From the IMG/VR virus record IMGVR_UViG_3300045918_000243: a stretch of DNA of 15,570 bases. The stretch is one strand, 5' to 3'. The notes under the pieces were generated by a model. The model made no database searches. It worked only from the letters and a program-made list of their open reading frames with translations, and was not told the origin of the DNA. Below are positions 6,994 to 13,270 of the stretch, piece after piece; the stretch's first letter is position 1, and every line of letters begins with the position of its first letter. The translations under genes were made by a program, and so were the position numbers. Source of the DNA: a virus.

Positions 6994-8177
6994 TGGCCCC
7001 TGTCCATTTCGCTCACTCAGTCCTCATCGACGGTGGGGAAGTGGCGTCTATCGTGCTGGCAGGCGCGACGATCAACTACGGAGTGTCAAGGGTCGATGAG
7101 CAACCACAGCCCGCGAATGCTTTCCTTACACTGATCTCCGCTGACGCTGTACCTAACATCGGCACGTCATATCCGGGGTTCTCCTGGGGTGACCGCATTC
7201 CGTCCGGGTTCACCGTCGATTGGACGGACGTCTATGAGGGTGGGGTTCCGCGCATAGCACTGGGTACAGCTGTGCAGGTGAACACGGCGACGCCCACAGG
7301 TTTCGTGGAAGCATGGACGGACACATATGACGCCGGGTTCAATGACACACGTTTTACGGGTCATATCACGGCGATAGATGTGCAACCTGCTGCCGTCAAC
7401 GTTACAGCGGTTACGGCGTCTGAAAGCCTGACCCGGAATCTGATTGATCCCTCGGGCTGGCCGGCGGAGACAGAGTTCGCACGGGTGACGCGGATCATCT
7501 CAGCCGCCAGCACAACCGGGCAGATCAACGGGACCGGCCCCACGATGATTACCGCGAACACCGGGACAGACCCCGCCCAGTCCGCGTGGACGCTGCTGTC
7601 CGATCTGGCTATGGCCTGCGATTCGATTCTTTACACGGACCGGCTGGGTGTCCTGACCTATACCTGCCGTGACGCTGCACCGGGAACCACTACGGATCTC
7701 GCCACCGGCGCGACCCTATTAGACGGGTTGACCATGACCACGGATTTCGGGTCCGTGGTGAACACCGTCACCGTGGAATGGGGGCCAGATGATGCGAGGG
7801 CGAAAGTAACCGCTACAGACACGGAAAGCGTAGCCATCTATGGTGCGCGGGAGGTCAACTATTCGGTGCCGTTCCAGTCTGTGACGGACGCCACCGACAA
7901 AGCAAACCGGGTTCTAGACCACGCGAAGAATCCCGTCTGGCATATGCCCAGCGCCACCGTCGCCATGCGCCTAGCGGAATTGCATGGTCCGTTCCCGTCG
8001 TATTTGCAGGAAGTCCTCGGCATTGACCTGGACGACACAGTGAACCTCCCCCAACTCCTACCCGGTTACCCGATGGAGTCGTACACGTCGCGGGTACTCG
8101 GCTACCGGGAGACGTTGGATTTAACGAATTGGACAATTGCGTTCGCGCTCAACCCCGCAGGATGGACTAAGCCATGA
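6993..8177 (+). CDS. Minor tail protein (distal tail protein position)
   Basis: 394 aa, with a TAATG overlap to the tape-measure stop and an ATGA overlap to the next gene. Being the first gene after the TMP is the usual place for the distal tail protein. Confidence 0.6.
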   Translation: MAPVHFAHSVLIDGGEVASIVLAGATINYGVSRVDEQPQPANAFLTLISADAVPNIGTSYPGFSWGDRIPSGFTVDWTDVYEGGVPRIALGTAVQVNTATPTGFVEAWTDTYDAGFNDTRFTGHITAIDVQPAAVNVTAVTASESLTRNLIDPSGWPAETEFARVTRIISAASTTGQINGTGPTMITANTGTDPAQSAWTLLSDLAMACDSILYTDRLGVLTYTCRDAAPGTTTDLATGATLLDGLTMTTDFGSVVNTVTVEWGPDDARAKVTATDTESVAIYGAREVNYSVPFQSVTDATDKANRVLDHAKNPVWHMPSATVAMRLAELHGPFPSYLQEVLGIDLDDTVNLPQLLPGYPMESYTSRVLGYRETLDLTNWTIAFALNPAGWTKP

Positions 8178-9133
8178 GGAACGCCAACCATGTCACGGAC
8201 CATAACGAATTACGGGAGCTTGTATCCGCTGAGTTGGCACGGTTCGGCATGGGCAACACGCTGGGCGGCCCGTGGCAGCCCGGTGACCCGGACCACGTTG
8301 GACGGCACAACTCTATGGTGGACGCCCTGGCAGCCCTAGCCTCCACCGCTGGTCAGACGTACACGACGCCGCTGCCGCCCCACCGGGCGCTGGGCGCGTC
8401 GGGTCATCTCGGGGACCATGACGTGATGCGGGCCGCAGCGGTGCAGGCGGCAACGTGGGACGCGTTTAACGTTGCATCGGGTGGCAATGCGTTGGCGGAC
8501 TTCGCCGACAGTGAGGGTATTTGGGCGGTCCGCGTATTCACGGCGTCCAGCACGTTCACGGTAACTAAGTCTGTACGCCCGTTTGAGATCATCCTGCAAG
8601 CCGGTGGCGGTGCGGGCGCGGGCGGGTCGCAGCATGGCGGCGGTGGCGGCGGCCACTACACGGCTACCGACCTGATGCTTCCCATCGGCGGAACATCATT
8701 CACGGTGGGCCAAGGCGGGGCATCGAACCTTCCCGGTAACCCGACCCGTATCGAGGGCCACCGGGAGGCGTTAGGCGGGCAGGAAGGCCGCGTCGGCGGT
8801 GGCGCGGGCGGAACACCGAACGGCGGCAACGGCGGTGCAGGACCGACGTCACCCGGTGGGACACCGGGCGTGCCTAGCGCCGGGGTCATCCTTCCCGCAT
8901 GGACGGGTGCTTACGCCGGTCAAGGTCAGGCGGGCGGTGGTGGGGCTGGTCAATGGCTCGGGGCAGGCCCAACGAACGGCGTTAATGGTGGCGGCAACGG
9001 CGGCACGGACGGGCAGCCCGGTGGCGCGGCAGGCGCGGAAATGGGCGGTGGCGGTGGCGGCAACGGGTCCAGTAACGGCACGGGCGGCCACGGCGGGTCC
9101 GGTTCGATCTTCATCCGTTGGCGGAAGGGATAG
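8174..9133 (+). CDS. Glycine-rich minor tail protein (fibre / receptor-binding candidate)
   Basis: 319 aa. The N-terminal part has repeated His/Asp motifs (DHNELRE, GDPDHVGRHN, GHLGDHDVM). The C-terminal roughly 180 aa is dominated by GGxGG/GxGG blocks (GGGAGAGGSQHGGGGGGHY...GGGGGGNGSSNGTGGHGGSGSIFIRW). It is the last structural gene before the lysis genes. Confidence 0.6.
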   Translation: MRNANHVTDHNELRELVSAELARFGMGNTLGGPWQPGDPDHVGRHNSMVDALAALASTAGQTYTTPLPPHRALGASGHLGDHDVMRAAAVQAATWDAFNVASGGNALADFADSEGIWAVRVFTASSTFTVTKSVRPFEIILQAGGGAGAGGSQHGGGGGGHYTATDLMLPIGGTSFTVGQGGASNLPGNPTRIEGHREALGGQEGRVGGGAGGTPNGGNGGAGPTSPGGTPGVPSAGVILPAWTGAYAGQGQAGGGGAGQWLGAGPTNGVNGGGNGGTDGQPGGAAGAEMGGGGGGNGSSNGTGGHGGSGSIFIRWRKG

Positions 9134-9141
9134 GAATCATC

Positions 9142-9264
9142 ATGGAGATTGACCCGTACGACCCGGACTACGCCGACTATGACGACTCGGCAGAGGGAAC
9201 CGACAACGACGGCACACCTAACCCGTCCGTTGACGGTAGCGAACTCATCGAAGGCGGGGAGTGA
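9142..9264 (+). CDS. 40-aa highly acidic micro-protein (unknown function)
   Basis: ATG 9142 follows AGGAA (9132-9136). The product is MEIDPYDPDYADYDDSAEGTDNDGTPNPSVDGSELIEGGE, with 14 D/E and no K/R/H. Third codon positions are mostly G/C. Its TGA overlaps the endolysin ATG (TGATG at 9262-9266). It is below the ORF-track length cutoff. Confidence 0.5.
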   Translation: MEIDPYDPDYADYDDSAEGTDNDGTPNPSVDGSELIEGGE

Positions 9265-10130
9265 TGGCCTACCCGAAACCCACCAGGGGGCAAATCCGGG
9301 AAGCGTTCAAGGATCACCGTGTCAACTATGTGGATCATGCGAAGGTCAGTGGCGGGCGTTCCGTCTGGTCTAACGGTTTGCGGGCCGCGACGATCCATCA
9401 CACGGCGGGGACGAATAGCGCCGACTACCTGGCAACCGCGTGGTCGTACCCTGGCGCTAACGTCGTAGTGAACAACGGCAAATACAACGGCACATCCAAA
9501 GACGGGCGCATAGTCATCCTGTCCTACGGGGACTGCTGGCATTCCGGGGACGGCGGACCGTGGCCGTCGATAGCAGCCAAGAACTCCCTCCACCTTGTGT
9601 CGTGGGGTTGCGAGCTAGAATCCAAGGGAACATCCAAAGACATAACGAACCCGCAGATTGAGTCCGTGGGCCGGATGCTTGCCGCACTGGTGGATCTCGG
9701 TATGCCACGCGGCAACATCCACCGCCACGCCGACTGGACCGATGGCACGACCCCGGTGGGTGGCTACCCGCTTCCCACATTGGGCCGCAAGATAGACACG
9801 AACAAGTCCCTCGGGTTCACGACGGGCTTCTGGGTGGATGCCTGCAAGAAGTACCAGGGGCCACCATCGGGCGGCGGGTACTGGGATGGGGTTGTGCCGT
9901 CCTATGAGGGGTGTTGGAACGCTTGGATTGACCAGACGCTAGCCAACCCACAGGCATGGCGGTTGGCGTGCCGTCTAGCGGATATGGGCTTCTACTCGGG
10001 TACGCCGCAACCTAAGGGGACACAGCGCTACCCCGTCAAGGCGGTAGCGAGCTTGCAGGCGGCTAAGGGCTGGAATGTGCCGCAGCCCGGTCAGTACGGT
10101 CCGAACCTCCACACCTACCTTTGGGGCTAA
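9264..10130 (+). CDS. Endolysin: N-acetylmuramoyl-L-alanine amidase (Amidase_2/PGRP-type) with a C-terminal peptidoglycan-binding-like domain
   Basis: Motifs ATIHHTAG, WGCELES and NIHRHADW...GRKIDT match the zinc-amidase pattern. The C-terminus LADMGFYSGTP...YPVKAVASLQAAKGWNVPQPGQYGPNLHTYLW resembles a PG_binding_1 repeat. ATG 9264 is preferred over the GTG at 9261. Confidence 0.8.
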   Translation: MAYPKPTRGQIREAFKDHRVNYVDHAKVSGGRSVWSNGLRAATIHHTAGTNSADYLATAWSYPGANVVVNNGKYNGTSKDGRIVILSYGDCWHSGDGGPWPSIAAKNSLHLVSWGCELESKGTSKDITNPQIESVGRMLAALVDLGMPRGNIHRHADWTDGTTPVGGYPLPTLGRKIDTNKSLGFTTGFWVDACKKYQGPPSGGGYWDGVVPSYEGCWNAWIDQTLANPQAWRLACRLADMGFYSGTPQPKGTQRYPVKAVASLQAAKGWNVPQPGQYGPNLHTYLWG

Positions 10131-10133
10131 ATC

Positions 10134-10202
10134 ATGACGCTGGACATTGTTGAGGTCATCCTTCTGGCCGTTATTCTTGCCATTCTCATCTTCCGCCGCT
10201 AA
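10134..10202 (+). CDS. 22-aa hydrophobic micro-ORF (single transmembrane helix) inside the lysis cassette
   Basis: It encodes MTLDIVEVILLAVILAILIFRR. It starts 3 nt after the endolysin stop, and its TAA overlaps the next ATG (TAATG at 10200-10204). Confidence 0.4.
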   Translation: MTLDIVEVILLAVILAILIFRR

Positions 10203-10693
10203 TGATCGGCGCGATACCGTCCCCGACACCCTCCCCCCTTGTGCCGGTAGAAATTGACCCAAGCCTGCAAATCCACTTGGGCGGGGCGATTGTCATCTGG
10301 ACGGTTATCGCCATTTCGGGTCTGATTTTCTCTGCCACCTTCTTCGGGTGGATGCTGTACCGGACGGGACGCCTACCGCATCCCGCCCCGCTCATCACGT
10401 CCCTGTCCATGCTCACGGCGATAGCGCTAGTGGGTGCCATGCTCACCGGTGACGACAACGTGGGCAACATTGCCGCTGTGGGGTTCGGGGCGCTGGCGGG
10501 GTCCTTAGCATCGGTCTATGGGTTAAAGTCCCCGCAGGTAGCGGAGGAAGGACCGTCCGCTAAACAGACGATAGCCACCCGACTATCGGACACGGTGGAT
10601 GAACTCACCCGCGACACGCCGGATGTGGTTGACACGGACCCCGATACGCCTACTAATGGACCACAACGGAGGGAAAACGCGCCAGACCAGTGA
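10202..10693 (+). CDS. Holin-like membrane protein
   Basis: 163 aa with about three hydrophobic segments (GGAIVIWTVIAISGLIFSATFFGWML; LITSLSMLTAIALVGAML; IAAVGFGALAGSLASVYGL). It ends in a long acidic, hydrophilic C-terminal tail and lies adjacent to the endolysin. Confidence 0.6.
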   Translation: MIGAIPSPTPSPLVPVEIDPSLQIHLGGAIVIWTVIAISGLIFSATFFGWMLYRTGRLPHPAPLITSLSMLTAIALVGAMLTGDDNVGNIAAVGFGALAGSLASVYGLKSPQVAEEGPSAKQTIATRLSDTVDELTRDTPDVVDTDPDTPTNGPQRRENAPDQ

Positions 10694-10806
10694 TAACGCC
10701 GAGTCTGCACATTATGACAAAAGCGTCCCCATGACAGGGGCCATGTAGCCCACGCGGGCTAGTCACTCACAGCGCGATTCTCTCCCCCTACCGGAGGGAT
10801 TTTGGG

Positions 10807-11058
10807 GTGAGTACTAGCGCATCCGTCAAAGTGACGGCAGGCAGATTTGTTGATAACCGTTTGGCCCGTGTCACGGTTGAGGGTTTCAACGGGTTCGGTA
10901 TCGAAATCGTCATGCATCAGGCGGGCGGTGTGGACGGGTTGCCACCCACGATTACCCGAATAGCCATGTATGGGGCGGAAGCTCTGGCGTTCCGTGCCGC
11001 ATTGGAAACCGCGTGCCAGATGGAAGAAGCAGCCGCAGCGGAACGGGGCGCGGCGTGA
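10807..11058 (+). CDS. Hypothetical protein (83 aa)
   Basis: GTG 10807 is preceded by GGAGGGA (10793-10799) with 7-nt spacing. It is the first gene after a 113-bp intergenic gap. Its stop overlaps the next start (GTGA). Confidence 0.6.
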   Translation: MSTSASVKVTAGRFVDNRLARVTVEGFNGFGIEIVMHQAGGVDGLPPTITRIAMYGAEALAFRAALETACQMEEAAAAERGAA

Positions 11059-11528
11059 CCTACGTTGACCTGCCGTTGTTCCCCACCGTTCGGGTGTGTA
11101 TGCGCTGCGGGCGTCAGGACGTGACAGACCCGCAACATGACGTATGTGACTACTGTCTGCACCTAGACCACCGGCCCGATAACCGTCTGCCTACGGGGGC
11201 CGTGGCGTGCCACTGGTGTGCCGCCACTGAATCCCCCTCGCAGGCGGCCACCAATGGCATGTTCGCGGCAGCAGACGCAGACCCGGAATTCATGCACCAC
11301 GCCACCCGTGCGCTGGCCGTCGTCCGCGACACTCGGGAACCATTCACGGCAGCGGAAGTCCGCGCCGTGCTGGAATCGTGGGGTGTGTCCGTGACCGGGC
11401 GTAACGCCCTGGGTGCCGTGTTCGCTTCCGCTAATGCTGCCGGTGTGATCCGGGCTAATGGGGATTTCGTGCCGTCGCCTGTCAAGGGGCAGCATGGTCG
11501 CCCGCTGAGGGTGTGGGTGGCGGCGTAA
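11055..11528 (+). CDS. Zinc-ribbon protein with a possible C-terminal winged-helix-like domain (DNA-binding candidate)
   Basis: GTG 11055 overlaps the upstream TGA. There are three CxxC pairs (CMRC, CDYC, CHWC). The C-terminal FTAAEVRAVLESWGVSVTGRNALGAVFASANAAGVIRANG..HGRPLRVW resembles small DNA-binding domains. The function is inferred. Confidence 0.55.
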   Translation: MTYVDLPLFPTVRVCMRCGRQDVTDPQHDVCDYCLHLDHRPDNRLPTGAVACHWCAATESPSQAATNGMFAAADADPEFMHHATRALAVVRDTREPFTAAEVRAVLESWGVSVTGRNALGAVFASANAAGVIRANGDFVPSPVKGQHGRPLRVWVAA

Positions 11529-11692
11529 TGGAAATCGTGCAATTCCTTGTCGGCGTGGGGCTGCTAGCCGGCTCTTTGGGTATCGGGTTCGTGGCTGGGC
11601 GTGACGCTGCGGAGCGTAAAGCGGCGTACACGATTGCGAACCTGCGTAAATCCAACCGTGAACTCACCAAAGAGCGTGAGTGGTGGGGCTAG
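11528..11692 (+). CDS. 54-aa membrane protein (N-terminal TM helix, basic C-terminus)
   Basis: It encodes MEIVQFLVGVGLLAGSLGIGFVAGRDAAERKAAYTIANLRKSNRELTKEREWWG and has a TAATG overlap with the upstream gene. It is below the ORF-track cutoff. Confidence 0.5.
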   Translation: MEIVQFLVGVGLLAGSLGIGFVAGRDAAERKAAYTIANLRKSNRELTKEREWWG

Positions 11693-11820
11693 TGGCTAAG
11701 TGGACGTGCAGCGAATGCGGCGCTAACGGGGAAGCTGTCAACAGGATCGTTGCCCGTGAACTCCTGACATTGCATTTCGGGGAAGCTCACAACGACGTGC
11801 CATGGCTAGGTGACGAATGA
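11692..11820 (+). CDS. 42-aa Cys2-His2 micro-protein
   Basis: The GTG start shares one base with the upstream TAG. The product is MAKWTCSECGANGEAVNRIVARELLTLHFGEAHNDVPWLGDE (C6, C9, H28, H33). Its stop overlaps the next ATG (ATGA). Confidence 0.45.
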   Translation: MAKWTCSECGANGEAVNRIVARELLTLHFGEAHNDVPWLGDE

Positions 11821-11981
11821 TGCCCGTAGACCTGTCACATTTCCTTGACCACAAGCCGCCGTCCGTCGTTGCCGCGTATTGCATGGCATGGCACACGGAT
11901 AAGGGACTGTGGCTGTCCGCGTGGCAGCCGGGTGAGCGTGCCACCGTGCGTTTGACCATGCGGCGTGTGTGCCGTGGCTAA
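11817..11981 (+). CDS. 54-aa micro-protein (unknown)
   Basis: It encodes MMPVDLSHFLDHKPPSVVAAYCMAWHTDKGLWLSAWQPGERATVRLTMRRVCRG. It has an ATGA overlap upstream and ends in the cgtggctaa junction motif. Confidence 0.45.
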   Translation: MMPVDLSHFLDHKPPSVVAAYCMAWHTDKGLWLSAWQPGERATVRLTMRRVCRG

Positions 11982-12105
11982 CGCTGCCAAGATTCAAGCT
12001 CGCCTATGGCGCTGCAAGGGCTGCGGTGGATGGCGTTATTACCTGAATCGCCCTTGCCATACCTGCCGCATTCTGGCGAACCGTAAAGCGCTAGGTAGGA
12101 CGTGA
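11974..12105 (+). CDS. 43-aa zinc-ribbon micro-protein (CxxC...CxxC), paralog A
   Basis: The GTG sits within GTGGCTAA, overlapping the upstream stop by 8 nt. The product is MANAAKIQARLWRCKGCGGWRYYLNRPCHTCRILANRKALGRT. Its stop overlaps the next ATG (TGATG). Confidence 0.5.
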   Translation: MANAAKIQARLWRCKGCGGWRYYLNRPCHTCRILANRKALGRT

Positions 12106-12248
12106 TGGGGCGCAAGGTCAAGCAACGGAAGCGGCTCGGGCGCACCTATGGCGGGCCTAACAAGCGTAAACCCACGGATAAGCTGTTAGCACGCTGCGCG
12201 GGCTGTGGTGGATGGGCAGCACAGTCATGCCCGCACGGTCCGCCCTAG
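12105..12248 (+). CDS. 47-aa basic zinc-ribbon-like micro-protein, paralog B
   Basis: It encodes MGRKVKQRKRLGRTYGGPNKRKPTDKLLARCAGCGGWAAQSCPHGPP. It shares RCxGCGGW with the previous ORF; at DNA level 12191-12214 and 12010-12033 are identical at 21 of 24 positions. Confidence 0.5.
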   Translation: MGRKVKQRKRLGRTYGGPNKRKPTDKLLARCAGCGGWAAQSCPHGPP

Positions 12249-12614
12249 AACTAGGGACACACAACCTATGGCCCGCCCCCTGGCAGAAAGGGGGACGTAT
12301 TACACCGCGTCAAGGGTCGCAAGGGGGCCACGCCCGTTAGCAAAGTGGCAGTCAAGGGGACACGACTGAGGTGGTCCCATCCCGACAGAGACACGGGAAC
12401 CCATGGTCAAGGAATGTCCGGGCATGGGGCGGGCGGTTCGCGTCCGTGGCTAAACCTCCCTCTCTGATTCCCGACCATTAGGGCGCAAGCCCTGTCAATG
12501 ACAACCGCGTAACGACTCACCAAACCGCGTGTGCAATTGCCTCCCTCTCACATGAGGGGGGGGCCATTCCCGCCCACGATCTACCGCCCGCGTATGTGAA
12601 AGGAGCAAAGAGCC
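12249..12614. other. 366-bp stretch with no confidently callable gene; hairpin- and repeat-rich
   Basis: Only very short ORFs or ORFs lacking a start are present: ATG 12268 gives 33 aa with four AGG codons, and a frame open over 12255-12467 has its only start at GTG 12345. Contents include cctccctctc twice (12455-64, 12540-49), accgcgt three times (12304, 12504, 12524), a G8 run (12556-63) and several stem-loops. Confidence 0.6.
12540..12561 (+). promoter_or_regulatory. Stem-loop built from the second cctccctc box and the G-run
   Basis: cctccctc (12540-47) pairs with gagggggg (12554-61), 8 bp with one T-G wobble pair (G-U in RNA), around the loop tcacat. It lies about 40 nt upstream of the AAAGGAG SD (12599-12605) of the next ORF. 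Confidence 0.35.
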
Positions 12615-12746
12615 ATGACCCGTGTGACTAAGTGTCAGCGTCCTAGCCGTTGCCCCACATGCCTAGCTCCTATGCGCCGTGGTCAACCCATACGCAAGAG
12701 CAAGGGTCGTTGGCACCACGACGGATGCGAGGAACCGAATGGTTAG
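12615..12746 (+). CDS. 43-aa Cys/His-rich micro-protein
   Basis: ATG 12615 follows AAAGGAG (12599-12605). The product is MTRVTKCQRPSRCPTCLAPMRRGQPIRKSKGRWHHDGCEEPNG. The next ATG overlaps its stop by 8 nt (ATGGTTAG). Confidence 0.5.
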   Translation: MTRVTKCQRPSRCPTCLAPMRRGQPIRKSKGRWHHDGCEEPNG

Positions 12747-12963
12747 GCAATGGCTTGACCCTGGCACGCCTAGAGGTAGGGCTGTGCAAGCAAGGGAACG
12801 CTACACACAGCTACCGTTGTGTGAGTGTGGATGGCGTGGGCAGCCGTCAGCGTCGTATGCGGACGCTTGGGGGCAGGCGGCCCGCCATGCCCAGGGGTGC
12901 CACCCCGGTGATACCCATCAGTCTGCAGCCAAGGCGTGGAAGCGTGCGCGTGACTGTGGCTAA
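12739..12963 (+). CDS. 74-aa Cys-containing small protein (CxCGW motif)
   Basis: It encodes MVRQWLDPGTPRGRAVQARERYTQLPLCECGWRGQPSASYADAWGQAARHAQGCHPGDTHQSAAKAWKRARDCG. It is the internal start of track ORF 12679..12963 and ends in the tgtggctaa junction. The competing frame (track ORF 12650..) is Arg-rich and of low complexity here. Confidence 0.45.
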   Translation: MVRQWLDPGTPRGRAVQARERYTQLPLCECGWRGQPSASYADAWGQAARHAQGCHPGDTHQSAAKAWKRARDCG

Positions 12964-13213
12964 ATGGGGAGGACGGCGGCTACAGCGTATGACGCGGGTC
13001 GTGCAGGAAACGTATGGCTGGGATTGTTGGCTGTGTCTGTCACCCATAGAAGCAAGCCAGTACAGCATTGACCACGTTGTCCCTAGGTCTAAAGGTGGAG
13101 AGGTATGGGACGTGGATAATATGCGCCCCGCCCATATTAAATGTAATTCGTCACGCGGAAATAGAACACCTAAACAAATAAAACTAATCCCTAATCCATC
13201 CCGCCAATGGTGA
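12956..13213 (+). CDS. HNH endonuclease
   Basis: The HNH motif is clear: CWLCLSP...YSIDHVVPRSKGGEVWDVDNMRPAHIKCNSSRGN. GTG 12956 (within GTGGCTAA, overlapping the upstream TAA) is the preferred start; ATG 12989 is an alternative. The 187-aa track version (from 12650) is probably over-extended. Confidence 0.85.
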   Translation: MAKWGGRRLQRMTRVVQETYGWDCWLCLSPIEASQYSIDHVVPRSKGGEVWDVDNMRPAHIKCNSSRGNRTPKQIKLIPNPSRQW

Positions 13214-13270
13214 AAAGAAATAGATAAATAATGCGAATCTAATCAGCGGAACGGTTTTTAAGCGTGCCGT

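Noticed and set aside
9149-9373. 74-aa + strand ORF (MTRTTRTTPTMTTRQREPTTT...) overlapping the endolysin start
   Set aside because: The translation is Thr/Arg low-complexity. It overlaps the endolysin N-terminus out of frame. The alternative frame (9142..9264) has better codon third positions and a clean stop/start overlap with the endolysin.
12268-12369. 33-aa ORF (MARPLAERGTYYTASRVARGPRPLAKWQSRGHD) as a gene
   Set aside because: It has four AGG codons, which look rare elsewhere in this genome. Its SD is weak and distant. The hairpin at 12276-12294 lies within its first codons. I keep it as part of the uncalled island.
12309-12412. GTCAAGG three times (12309, 12351, 12406) as iterons
   Set aside because: The same 7-mer recurs in coding regions elsewhere (e.g. 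near 1940, 2702, 4426, 10037, 11483) as the codon pair GTC AAG. The local cluster is therefore weak evidence on its own and may only reflect residual coding sequence.
12435-12445. tRNA T-loop-like string ggttcgcgtcc
   Set aside because: The position that should be the conserved A58 is a C. I could not build T-stem or acceptor pairing or a cloverleaf from the flanks. No tRNA is called in the window.
12650-13213. Full 187-aa version of the HNH ORF
   Set aside because: Only the C-terminal roughly 85 aa carry the HNH fold motifs. The N-terminal 100 aa are Arg-rich and of low complexity. They overlap two better-supported small ORFs (12615..12746, with an AAAGGAG SD, and 12739..12963). A GTG at 12956 reproduces the GTGGCTAA coupling junction seen elsewhere. 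Third-position GC does not clearly discriminate the frames, so this remains uncertain.
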